Both the position numbers and the translations under genes were made by a program. Of a stretch of 64,000 nt of DNA, positions 30,323 to 39,467 are shown piece after piece (positions within the stretch are counted from its first letter, which is position 1; each line of letters starts with the position of its first letter). The notes below the pieces were generated by a model that searched no databases, had not been told where the DNA came from, and saw nothing but the letters and a program-made list of their open reading frames with translations. Source of the DNA: Pseudomonadota bacterium (GTDB taxonomy: Bacteria > Pseudomonadota > Alphaproteobacteria > Rhodobacterales > Rhodobacteraceae); the NCBI GenBank assembly GCA_039193885.1, contig JBCCWL010000002.1, positions 41,854-105,853 of the forward strand. Reading direction: 5' to 3'.

Positions 30323-31471
30323 TTAGCGGTCAAGTGCACCAACGCCAGAGAACCGGAACGCTTCTTGCTCAAGCGCGTTCAGCTCGTCCAGGCTCATCTC
30401 GTCATGGGCAATCGTGATGCGGCCCAAGAAGACGAAGGGAAGTTCACCCGCACGATCCTCCAAATCAGCTTTGATGGCTTCGGCAGTTGCCGCGCCAACA
30501 TCATCACCCATGCGCATTGGTGTCGCATCAAGCTCACCACGGCGGATGGCTTCCAGCTCAATGCCTGTGCCGCCCCAACCGGTAGAGAAGATTTCTTTCT
30601 CTTTACCAACCGAAACCTGAGCTTCAACCGACCCCATCGCCATCGCAGTGTTTGCGTTGTGGATGATGGTGGCTTCAGGATAGGACTGCAGGATCAGCGA
30701 TGTACCGGCAAAGCCGCCTTCACGCTGGTACTCCCCATAGTGCTCATACACCGTGGTCCAGTTGCCTTTTTCTTCAACACAGGCTTTGAAGTCGCCAGAA
30801 CGCTGATTGTCGGTAATGCCCGGGATACCCCGGTTCATCGCCATCGTGACGTCATTGCCGAGACGGCCCAGCATGTAGTCACACATGGTCAAAGCACCAG
30901 CAGCAGAGGAGAAGTCAAACCATGCGGCCGGCTGAACTTCCATTTCCTTCAAAGGTGTGTGGAACGCCCAAACATATGTTGTCAGATCGTCCGTTTCTTT
31001 TGCCAGTTTGACAATATTGTCAGCCTGAATGGCCAGTTCAGATGGTCCAAAGATCACGTAGTCATAGATGTCTTTGTCCAGCACAACCTGGTTTGCATAT
31101 GTCGTCTGAAGCGAGTGCTCGATCTGACGCGACGCAAATTCGGTTGTTTCGTACTGGATGCCCAGCTCGTCCAAACGCTTGGTCATGGCCAAGTAGTTAC
31201 GCGCCCAGAAGTCCGAGGTGTCCGAGGACGGGTAAATCAATGCGATCTGGATCGCGCCGTCTTGGGATCCCGAGAACGGAACAGCGGCCGAACCAACGAC
31301 CTCCTGCATCGCTTCCAGTGCGCCGTCAGCGTTCACTTCGCCTGGGACCCAGTGGTCGCGATCTGCGATACCTGGCAGTTCTCTCAATGGCAGTGTCGAA
31401 TGGCCATCGGCCATCGCAAAGCCTGTCATTGCAACGCTTACTGTGAGCGCCGTGGTAGTCAAAAATCTCAT
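30323..31471 (-). CDS. LuxP-like periplasmic binding protein (AI-2/borate-diester receptor family)
   Basis: Signal peptide; IYP..SDFWARN, KRL, DYVIF, TP, QP, GWGG, ELEAI..GELD, MRMGDD, AEAIKADLE and terminal AFRFS are colinear with V. harveyi LuxP as I recall it. Confidence 0.8.
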   Translation of the reverse strand: MRFLTTTALTVSVAMTGFAMADGHSTLPLRELPGIADRDHWVPGEVNADGALEAMQEVVGSAAVPFSGSQDGAIQIALIYPSSDTSDFWARNYLAMTKRLDELGIQYETTEFASRQIEHSLQTTYANQVVLDKDIYDYVIFGPSELAIQADNIVKLAKETDDLTTYVWAFHTPLKEMEVQPAAWFDFSSAAGALTMCDYMLGRLGNDVTMAMNRGIPGITDNQRSGDFKACVEEKGNWTTVYEHYGEYQREGGFAGTSLILQSYPEATIIHNANTAMAMGSVEAQVSVGKEKEIFSTGWGGTGIELEAIRRGELDATPMRMGDDVGAATAEAIKADLEDRAGELPFVFLGRITIAHDEMSLDELNALEQEAFRFSGVGALDR

Positions 31472-31506
31472 GGTAATTCCTCCCCTAATTGAGATTTGAG
31501 AAAGTC

Positions 31507-31530
31507 GCGCCGGGGGCTATTCCCCAGCGC
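31507..31530 (-). other. Intergenic stem-loop between permease and LuxP-like SBP
   Basis: GCGCCGGGG...CCCCAGCGC imperfect hairpin. Confidence 0.4.
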
Positions 31531-31550
31531 AACAAATTTCGTTCGAACGA

Positions 31551-32678
31551 TTAACCGCTTGGTACGACTTCACCTGCGGTGATCCCGCCAATGGCCAACA
31601 GAGCGATCAAGGCTCCCAAGATGATGGCAACAAGCTGCATCGTCTTTCGACCTTCTCCGGTCTTCAGCCCGGCAAAAAAGCCCGCCGAGCCGTCTCGGTC
31701 TTTCTTCTGGATCCAGGCATAGAGCGCTACGGAACTGATGATCACGAAACCCGAGGCCACCGGCTGCCAGAAGAACTCGATCCGTAAAGTGACTAAAGCG
31801 TTCAGCATCATTGCCAAGAGAAGCACACCCGAGAACGACCCGATCATAGACGCGCGGCCACCAAACAGGGACGTGCCGCCCACAACCACCGCCGCAATCA
31901 CGTGCAGGTTGAAGAACGGTGCCATGGTCGCTTGGATCGCGTTTTGCTTACCTGTGAGCATCAAGCCCGCCAGAGCAGCACAAGCCCCGCAAAGCACGTA
32001 AGCGTAGACCTTGTGTCGATTCACACCGATACCAGTCAGTTCCGCTGATTCCGGGCTAGATCCGATGGCGACCGTGTAGCGGCCAAAGTAAGTCCGCTTG
32101 AGGATGTAGTAGCCCGCGACCATGGTCAGCATACCGATCACCGCCGGTGTTGGTATGAAGAACGGCGTCTGGCCACGACCTATTTCGGTCAAAACTTCAG
32201 GGAAACGGGCCAAAACCAGTCCCTTGGCCAACAAAAGCGCAAGGCCCTTGTAAACAAGGTCCATCGCCAATGTGCCGATCAGATCCGGTACGTTGAACCG
32301 CGTGATAACCAAGCCATTGATCAGACCCAGCAATGCCCCAATAGCCAACGCGATCGGAATACCGACATAGATGGAAAAGCCAAACTGTTTGACGAGAAAG
32401 GCCATGATTATCGCCGACAACACGGCGACTGACCCGACCGACAAGTCGATACCCCGCTGAGTGATCACGAAGGTCATGGCCATGGCCATCGGCATGTAGA
32501 GCGCCGCATCCTGTAAAATCAGCACGAGGTTATCTACGCGATAGAACCGCGCAGGCGACGCAAAGGCCATGAATAGGAAGATCGCTCCGATCATCGCCAT
32601 CGGGGCAATGACGGCCATGTATGGCTCTAAGCGTTCTGAGAGGGGCTGCTTTTCGGGTGTAGCGACTGCAGTGTTCAT
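31551..32678 (-). CDS. Sugar-type (RbsC/CUT2) ABC permease with C-terminal extension
   Basis: GIDLSVGS, GLING, FGRYTVAIG, IAAVVVGGTSLFGG. Confidence 0.9.
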   Translation of the reverse strand: MNTAVATPEKQPLSERLEPYMAVIAPMAMIGAIFLFMAFASPARFYRVDNLVLILQDAALYMPMAMAMTFVITQRGIDLSVGSVAVLSAIIMAFLVKQFGFSIYVGIPIALAIGALLGLINGLVITRFNVPDLIGTLAMDLVYKGLALLLAKGLVLARFPEVLTEIGRGQTPFFIPTPAVIGMLTMVAGYYILKRTYFGRYTVAIGSSPESAELTGIGVNRHKVYAYVLCGACAALAGLMLTGKQNAIQATMAPFFNLHVIAAVVVGGTSLFGGRASMIGSFSGVLLLAMMLNALVTLRIEFFWQPVASGFVIISSVALYAWIQKKDRDGSAGFFAGLKTGEGRKTMQLVAIILGALIALLAIGGITAGEVVPSG

Positions 32679-33436
32679 GCGGCATCCTCCTTCGCACCAA
32701 CGATCATGCCCAAAACCTCTTGGGTTGAACTTTCAGATGTGAGGGCCACACCAACATTCTGGCCCCGGCGCTGAACATGCACGCGATCTGCAACCTCGAA
32801 GACATCATCAAGCGAGTGGCTGATCAGGATCACTGCCAACCCTTGTGCCTTCAAAGCTTTGATCAGCTTCAGCGTCCGAGCCGTTTCCTGCGGGCCCAAG
32901 GCGGCTGTTGGTTCGTCCATCACAAGAACCCGCAGACCTTCATGGTAGACCGCACGCGCAATCGCGATGGCCTGGCGCTGACCGCCTGAAAGGCTATCAG
33001 TGGGCGCGTCTAGCGACTTCAGCCGCACGCCCAGACGCTCCATGAGAACGCGCTCGGTTTCGGCGCGCATCTTCTTGTTGTCGAGGACTGTGATGCCCAA
33101 GAATTTCTTGGTCAGCTCATTGCCCAGAAACATGTTTGCAGCTGGATCCAGATGGTCGGCGAGGGCCAAGGTCTGATACACCGCGTCGATCCCCGCCGCT
33201 GCTGCATCGGCATGATTGGAAAACTCGACTTTCTGGCCATCAAGATACAATTCGCCTTCGGTGGGTTGATAGACACCGGTGAGCACCTTGATCAGAGTGG
33301 ATTTACCGGCACCATTGTCACCGACGATCGCAAGGACTTCCCCTGCATAAGCTTCGAGATCGACATCCGCCAAGGCTGTCACCCCGCCAAAACGCTTCGT
33401 GATACCGCGCATTTGGACAAGCGGGCTATTGGTCAT
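32675..33436 (-). CDS. Sugar-type ABC ATP-binding protein (single domain)
   Basis: GDNGAGKST, LSGGQRQ, DEPTAALG. Confidence 0.9.
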   Translation of the reverse strand: MTNSPLVQMRGITKRFGGVTALADVDLEAYAGEVLAIVGDNGAGKSTLIKVLTGVYQPTEGELYLDGQKVEFSNHADAAAAGIDAVYQTLALADHLDPAANMFLGNELTKKFLGITVLDNKKMRAETERVLMERLGVRLKSLDAPTDSLSGGQRQAIAIARAVYHEGLRVLVMDEPTAALGPQETARTLKLIKALKAQGLAVILISHSLDDVFEVADRVHVQRRGQNVGVALTSESSTQEVLGMIVGAKEDAA

Positions 33437-33562
33437 TTTTTCCTCCTGATGCCCTTCCGTTTGAGTGGATCTCGATCCATTCGCGCGTTTTGGGCCTTGG
33501 CTATTCGTGTGGTTGACCCGAGACCCCCGGCACGCTTGGTAACCGAGGGTCCACGGGAGAAG

Positions 33563-34603
33563 TTACTTGCCCCAGATCGTGGCATAGGCGCTGCGATATG
33601 GGATATCGGGGTCGAACTGATTGCTGTCGCCAAGTTTGGCAAGGCCATCCTGTGTGACCAAGGCCGGCGAGGTGACATAGCCCGAACACGCTTCGCCCTG
33701 CATTGCGCGGTTCAGCTCATCGACCAGTTGCCATCCCTGCAGGTTCAGCGGCTCGGCAACTGTGATTGCCTGGTATTGAGCTGTCCGGATCCGCTGAAAA
33801 GCCGCCTCAGACCCGTCACCAGCCGAGCCTGCAAGCGGCGCGCCGTCACCCGAGATCCCGGCAGAGGCGAGTGCAGGGCCCATAAAATCAAAATATAGAT
33901 CGTTGATTGCAAGCGCATGGGTCCAGTTTGCGCCATATTTCTGCAAAAGGCTGGTCGTCAGAGGCCCCATCCTGCTGGACGTGTCAGCAATCGGTGTATC
34001 AACATATTCCAGGACCGTTCCACCCATCTCTTCGACGGTTTCCTTGATCCGATCTGCCTTGTCGATCGCGATCTGATATGTGCTGTCAGTGAAGATGACC
34101 ACACCGGCGTCAGCGCCCCCGTCTTTCATCGCCCATTCAGCGGCAACCTCAGACACAGTCATTGCGTCGGTAGAGACATTGGCAAAAATCCCACCGGGCG
34201 CATCACACCCAATTTTTGGACCAGAATGCCAGGCCACCATTGGAATTTCAGCATCAGTCACACCTTCTAGCGCCGCTTGCTGTTCGACCGCATCAAACCC
34301 GTTGATAATGATGCCGTCTGGCTGCAAAGCCAGCGCTTGACCAATGGCAGCAGTCCGGCCTTGGATCGATCCCGCACCATCAAGAATCCTGACATCCCAC
34401 CCAATTTTTGCAGCGGCCTCTTCGACGCCACCAGTCACGCCTAAAATACCACCATTCTTCAGATCTCCAGCCAGGACGACAATGGATTTGCCTTCCGCCG
34501 CCACAGGTCCGGCCGTCGGGCCATCCCAGTCAGCGGCCATCGCTGGCATGCTGATCAAGATTGTTGTGGCCAACAGGCCTGCCAGTCGATTTGTCATCTT
34601 CAT
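33563..34603 (-). CDS. Sugar ABC substrate-binding protein (RbsB-like fold)
   Basis: Signal peptide, WDGPTAGP, PDGIII, AINDLY, GWQLVDELNRA. Confidence 0.85.
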   Translation of the reverse strand: MKMTNRLAGLLATTILISMPAMAADWDGPTAGPVAAEGKSIVVLAGDLKNGGILGVTGGVEEAAAKIGWDVRILDGAGSIQGRTAAIGQALALQPDGIIINGFDAVEQQAALEGVTDAEIPMVAWHSGPKIGCDAPGGIFANVSTDAMTVSEVAAEWAMKDGGADAGVVIFTDSTYQIAIDKADRIKETVEEMGGTVLEYVDTPIADTSSRMGPLTTSLLQKYGANWTHALAINDLYFDFMGPALASAGISGDGAPLAGSAGDGSEAAFQRIRTAQYQAITVAEPLNLQGWQLVDELNRAMQGEACSGYVTSPALVTQDGLAKLGDSNQFDPDIPYRSAYATIWGK

Positions 34604-34630
34604 TTCAAGTCCTCCCTGTGGAAAAATTCT

Positions 34631-35653
34631 CTATCTTTTCTGCGCGCCCTTGCGGCGCTGGGCGTACCCTGCGATGCCAATCGCAATGAGCAGAGTGACC
34701 CCGTTGAACATCGGTTCGACCCAGAACGAGCCGCCAAATTGCTGAATGCCAGAGATGCCAACCGCAAGGATCGCAACCCCGACGATTGTTCCCCAAACGT
34801 TGACTCGACCTGGCTTGATCGTGGTTGATCCCAAAAAGGCGCCGACCAGAGCGGGGAGCAAGAATTCCAAACCGACAGACGCCTGACCAATGCGCAGTTT
34901 TGAAGCCAGAATGACCCCAGCCAGCGCCGTTATCGTGCCTGAGGCCAGGAACGCCCCAATAACGTATTTGCGGGTCGGGATACCGTTAAGCTGGGCCGCG
35001 CGCTGATTGGCGCCAATCGCGTAAAGATACCGGCCCACAGGTGTATATTCGAGTACGATCCACATAACGACCGTGATCGCCAAAACGTAAAATCCGGTTA
35101 TAGGAAGACCAAAAACGAATGTGCCGTTTATGGCCAGAAACCCGTCCGGCAATACGCCGACCATTTGGCGGCCGCCCGTGTGCCACAAGGCCAACGCATA
35201 AAGAACCGTACCCGTGCCCAGTGTCGCGATGAAGCTGTCAATTTTTGCGACCTCGACAAGCAAACCGTTCAGAAAACCCGACAAGGCGCCCAGCATCAAC
35301 ACGATGGCAACTGTGATTGGCCAAGGAAGGCCAAAGATCGTCTGAAGGCTGATCGCAAGAATGTGCCAAAGCACGATTCCATAGCCAACGGTCAGGTCAA
35401 TGCGCCCGGCTGCCATCGGTATCATCGCGCCAAGCGACAAAAGTGCAATAATCGCTTTGTCGGAGACAATCGCACGCAGGTTCAGCATTGTTGGAAACGT
35501 TGTCGGCAAAAGCACCGAAAACAGTCCGATCAAAAGTATGGTCAATATGACAAGGCCATAGACCGGCAAGAACCGCGACACCCGCTTTCCGAATGTCAGG
35601 CCCCTGAGATCGGCCTTTGTTGGCTCCAGCGCACCGGATTCAAGCGATTGCAT
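34631..35653 (-). CDS. Sugar ABC permease
   Basis: IDLTVG, SFIATLG, GRYLYAIGAN, FLGST. Confidence 0.9.
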   Translation of the reverse strand: MQSLESGALEPTKADLRGLTFGKRVSRFLPVYGLVILTILLIGLFSVLLPTTFPTMLNLRAIVSDKAIIALLSLGAMIPMAAGRIDLTVGYGIVLWHILAISLQTIFGLPWPITVAIVLMLGALSGFLNGLLVEVAKIDSFIATLGTGTVLYALALWHTGGRQMVGVLPDGFLAINGTFVFGLPITGFYVLAITVVMWIVLEYTPVGRYLYAIGANQRAAQLNGIPTRKYVIGAFLASGTITALAGVILASKLRIGQASVGLEFLLPALVGAFLGSTTIKPGRVNVWGTIVGVAILAVGISGIQQFGGSFWVEPMFNGVTLLIAIGIAGYAQRRKGAQKR

Positions 35654-37169
35654 TCAAGCCGTCCTTCTTTGAGGGGAGATTTGCCGCAGAGGCCGACTGG
35701 ATAAGGTTTTCAGTGGTCAGGCGTGTACCGCTCAATTCGTCAACGATAGTGCCTTGGCTGAACACAATCGCGCGGTGACAAATTGTGGCGATCTCCTCGA
35801 AATCGGTCGAGACCACCAACAGCCCGACACCGTCCATCAAGGCACGGTTCAACAGCGCATAGATTTCGGCCTTGGCACCGACATCAACACCTGCTGTCGG
35901 ATCTTCACACAGCAGCAATTTGCGGTTTGTCGCCAGCCATCGCCCGATGACAACCTTTTGCTGATTTCCACCCGAAAGGGCCTCGATGGCCAATGTCGGA
36001 TCATTTGGCGACAGCCCGAGACCGGCACCGATGATGGCTGCTTGATCCCCTTCCGTCTGCGGTGACAATAGGCTGAGAAGCTTGCGGCCGAGGCCGCCTG
36101 GATTGAGGAATGTATTTTCCCGGATCGTCAAACTCATCGCTACGGATTCTTCGGTACGGTCTTTGGCGACCAAACCAATTCCGGACTTCAGCGCGGCCTG
36201 GGTCGAAGACAGATCGGGCGCTTTACCAGCCAGGCTCACCGACCCTTCAAAAGGCATCAATCCGAACAAAGCACGCGATATCGCTTCATGACCAGCGCCC
36301 CGCAAGCCCACGAGGCCAACAATTTCATTCTGCTTCAGATCGAAATCCAATGGGCCCACGCCTGCAACCCGAAAGGCCTCGAGCGTGAGAATGCTACCGC
36401 CCAGCTCGGCATCGACCTTGACGGTCTGACGGGTCTTTCGCCCCACAATCTTTTGCACCAGCTCCTCTGACGTTGTGTGGTCGATGTTGCGCACGCCGAC
36501 CATCTCCCCGTCGCGCAGAACAGCAACCCGGTCCGAGATCTGGAAAATCTCATCCAGACGATGACTGACATAAATCATACCAACGCCTCGGTCGCGCAGC
36601 GGCCGGAGCGCGCTGAACAAACGCTCAACCTCATCTGCCGGCAGCGACGCTGTCGGTTCATCCAGAACTAAAAACTCGCTGTTGACAGCCAGGGCGCGCG
36701 CAATAGCGACAAGCGATTTCTCAGTCCTGGAGAGATCCTCGACCCGCGTGGTCGGGTCAAATTCACAATCGACCTTGCGCAAAGCGTCGGTTGCGAACGC
36801 CTCGACGCTGTCCCATTTGATCAGACCATTTTTGAGCGAGAAGCCAAGAGCGAGTGCGATATTTTCAGCAACGGTCATCCACTCGATCAGACCCAAATCC
36901 TGGTGGATGAACGCGACTTTCTGGCGTTCTCCGAAACCGGCTGGTCGATGAAAATACGGGTCTCCATCAATCAAAACACGGCCTGCATCAGGCTGATGGA
37001 TGCCACCCAAAACTTTGATCAAGGTTGACTTGCCGGCACCGTTTTCACCCAAGAGCGCAACGATCTCCCCGCGACCGACCGACAATGACACATCTTTTAG
37101 CGCATAGGTCCCGCCGAAATGTTTATCAATGCCGTCGAAAAACAGACCTTGTTGAAGGTTCTGCATCAA
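35640..37169 (-). CDS. Sugar ABC ATP-binding protein (RbsA-like, two domains)
   Basis: GENGAGKST, LDEPTA, LSGGNQQK, PTAGVDVGAK. Confidence 0.92.
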   Translation of the reverse strand: MMQNLQQGLFFDGIDKHFGGTYALKDVSLSVGRGEIVALLGENGAGKSTLIKVLGGIHQPDAGRVLIDGDPYFHRPAGFGERQKVAFIHQDLGLIEWMTVAENIALALGFSLKNGLIKWDSVEAFATDALRKVDCEFDPTTRVEDLSRTEKSLVAIARALAVNSEFLVLDEPTASLPADEVERLFSALRPLRDRGVGMIYVSHRLDEIFQISDRVAVLRDGEMVGVRNIDHTTSEELVQKIVGRKTRQTVKVDAELGGSILTLEAFRVAGVGPLDFDLKQNEIVGLVGLRGAGHEAISRALFGLMPFEGSVSLAGKAPDLSSTQAALKSGIGLVAKDRTEESVAMSLTIRENTFLNPGGLGRKLLSLLSPQTEGDQAAIIGAGLGLSPNDPTLAIEALSGGNQQKVVIGRWLATNRKLLLCEDPTAGVDVGAKAEIYALLNRALMDGVGLLVVSTDFEEIATICHRAIVFSQGTIVDELSGTRLTTENLIQSASAANLPSKKDGLNAIA

Positions 37170-37202
37170 GTCCTCCCTTGGTCACGAGCATCAGATGATT
37201 GA

Positions 37203-37214
37203 GTTACCCGTAAC
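37203..37214. promoter_or_regulatory. LacI-family operator 1
   Basis: GTTAC-CC-GTAAC dyad. Confidence 0.7.
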
Positions 37215-37259
37215 GTTGTTCTATTGTTCGGAGCTAAGGCTGATCTGTCAAGAAGCAAA

Positions 37260-37271
37260 GTTACCGGTAAC
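37260..37271. promoter_or_regulatory. LacI-family operator 2
   Basis: Perfect palindrome GTTACCGGTAAC just upstream of lacI. Confidence 0.75.
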
Positions 37272-37285
37272 GTAAAAATATCTTC

Positions 37286-38314
37286 ATGCGAGAAAAACAA
37301 CTTAAAAACAATAAGATAAGCCTTTCTATGGTTGCTGAAGCAGCCGGTGTCTCGAAAATGACAGCGAGTCGCGTACTCCGTGGAGAGGGCGGATACTCCG
37401 AAAAAACAAAAGTTCTGGTCATGGAGAAGGTAGACCAGCTCGGATATCTGCCAAACAAGCTGGCAACCGTGTTTGCCGGGGACCAAGCCTCTACCTTCGT
37501 AGGGGTGTCCATTCCTGATCTCGGGAACGAAGTCTTTGCCCATGTTCTAGAAGGAATTGACCGCAAACTTGGTGTGTTCGGCCACCAAACCGTCTTAGGC
37601 CTTACACAACACACATTGGCCGAAGAAGAAAACTGGATCCGGACCGTGCTCTCGTGGCAACCCGCCGGCCTTATTTTGACCGGGCGATTTCATTCCCCGA
37701 CGGCCATCGATCTGTTGCGAAATTCGGGTGTACCAATCGTCGAGATTTGGGATCTAAACAGCAGCCCTCTGGATATGAGCGTTGGGATAAACCATTTCGA
37801 CAGCGGCTTCGATATGGGGCGGTATCTGGTCGGTCGCGGATATAGAAAGATCGGCTATGTCGGGACGTCCCACGACACAGCCAATGCTGCTACGACACGT
37901 CTGGCAGGGTTTGGAAAAGCCGTTGAAGGTGGCGGCGGTGAAGTCCCCAAGCAGCTTTGTCTGCATGACACGGCCACCTACTACCCTGGCTATTACGGCA
38001 CCGAACAGCTACTGGCGTCGCATCGAAACATCGATTGTATTTTCTATCAGAATGACGCCATGGCGTTTGGCGGATTCCAGTATTGTGTCAGTCGCGGCCT
38101 GCGAATTCCCGAAGATATCGGGATCGCTGGATGGGGCGATCTTCCGATTGCCTCTGTGCTACCACAACGTCTGACCTCCATGCATGTGCCCCACCTCAAA
38201 TTGGGCCAGACCGCCGCCGAGATGATGATCGCGCGCCTCTCGGGCGAACCGATCTCGAGTGTTACGGATATCGGATTCAAGCTCATACCCGGCAGCACAG
38301 TCCGAAATTTCTAA
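37286..38314 (+). CDS. LacI-family regulator (gluconate repressor GntR/IdnR-like)
   Basis: VAEAAGVSKMTASR, LGYLPN, LSWQPAGLILTG, PIVEIWD. Confidence 0.9.
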   Translation: MREKQLKNNKISLSMVAEAAGVSKMTASRVLRGEGGYSEKTKVLVMEKVDQLGYLPNKLATVFAGDQASTFVGVSIPDLGNEVFAHVLEGIDRKLGVFGHQTVLGLTQHTLAEEENWIRTVLSWQPAGLILTGRFHSPTAIDLLRNSGVPIVEIWDLNSSPLDMSVGINHFDSGFDMGRYLVGRGYRKIGYVGTSHDTANAATTRLAGFGKAVEGGGGEVPKQLCLHDTATYYPGYYGTEQLLASHRNIDCIFYQNDAMAFGGFQYCVSRGLRIPEDIGIAGWGDLPIASVLPQRLTSMHVPHLKLGQTAAEMMIARLSGEPISSVTDIGFKLIPGSTVRNF

Positions 38315-38538
38315 GTCAGGCCGGCGACGCCAAAACAGGCTTCAGCACCTGACCGCGCCGCGCCAAGCGACTTTCGTAAATGACCAACCACTCGAACACT
38401 TGGCATCGGCACCACTTTACTTTTCAATCTGGTGTCCAACACGAGACTTATCTAAGCTTCCTTCGACCGTCCCTACTGAACCAGCCTTGGCGGCCGCATG
38501 TCACGAAGAATACGCCCAAGTTATACGCGGGGATCCCG

Positions 38539-39450
38539 ATGACCTTTCGTCCAGTCACCACCACGCATAAGGCCGTTCCCACGATGGAGGGAGCCGGCGT
38601 TCATTTGCACCGGGTCTTTGGATTCAGTGACACCAATGAAGGTGACCCGTTTCTGCTTCTCGACGACTTTCGCAATGATGAGCCTGATGCCTATCTCCGC
38701 GGGTTTCCCTGGCATCCGCACCGAGGTATCGAAACGATTACTTACGTTCTGGACGGCGAGGTCGAACACAGTGACAGTCTGGGCAACCAAGGGTTGCTGG
38801 GACCTGGATCTGTGCAATGGATGACCGCTGGATCTGGTATCCTGCATCAGGAAATGCCGAAGGGTAATGCGCACGGCCAGATGCACGGGTTTCAACTTTG
38901 GGCAAATTTGCCGTCATCGCTGAAAATGACCGCACCGAGATACCAAGATATCCAAGGCCCCGACATTCCGGTGATTGTCGACGATGATGGGACGACAGTT
39001 CGCATAGTCACCGGCAGCTTTTGGGGCAAACGCGGACCTGTCGACGGGATCGCAGCAGATCCTTTGTACCTAGATATCTCGGTTCCGCCCAATACCACAC
39101 GGTCTTTGCCGGTGGACACCTATGCCAATACATTTGCATATGTATTTGCTGGCGAGATCTCGTTCAGAGATGCGTCAAACCCTATCGGCGTGCGGGTCGA
39201 AAAAGAGGTGGCCGGCCGGGAGGTCAATCTCCGCGATATGTCCGGGAACCGAACTCTCGTACGGTTCGGTACCGGCAGTGAGATCTACGTTCGGACCAAT
39301 CATACGGGCGGCCGGTTCCTGTTGGTTTCTGGGCATCCGATCCAAGAACCCGTAGCCTGGCACGGACCGATCGTAATGAACACTCGCGCGGAGCTGCAGC
39401 AAGCAATGCGCGATCTCAATAATGGCACCTTTATCAAGTCTCAACACTGA
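38539..39450 (+). CDS. Pirin family protein
   Basis: DPFLLLD, GFPWHPHRGIETITY, MTAGSGILHQE, GFQLW. Confidence 0.92.
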   Translation: MTFRPVTTTHKAVPTMEGAGVHLHRVFGFSDTNEGDPFLLLDDFRNDEPDAYLRGFPWHPHRGIETITYVLDGEVEHSDSLGNQGLLGPGSVQWMTAGSGILHQEMPKGNAHGQMHGFQLWANLPSSLKMTAPRYQDIQGPDIPVIVDDDGTTVRIVTGSFWGKRGPVDGIAADPLYLDISVPPNTTRSLPVDTYANTFAYVFAGEISFRDASNPIGVRVEKEVAGREVNLRDMSGNRTLVRFGTGSEIYVRTNHTGGRFLLVSGHPIQEPVAWHGPIVMNTRAELQQAMRDLNNGTFIKSQH

Positions 39451-39467
39451 CGACATCGGAGATTTCT

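Noticed and set aside
30287-31492. 401-aa ORF antisense to the LuxP-like gene
   Set aside because: Shadow ORF from codon bias; no recognisable motifs, and it fully overlaps a well-supported gene.
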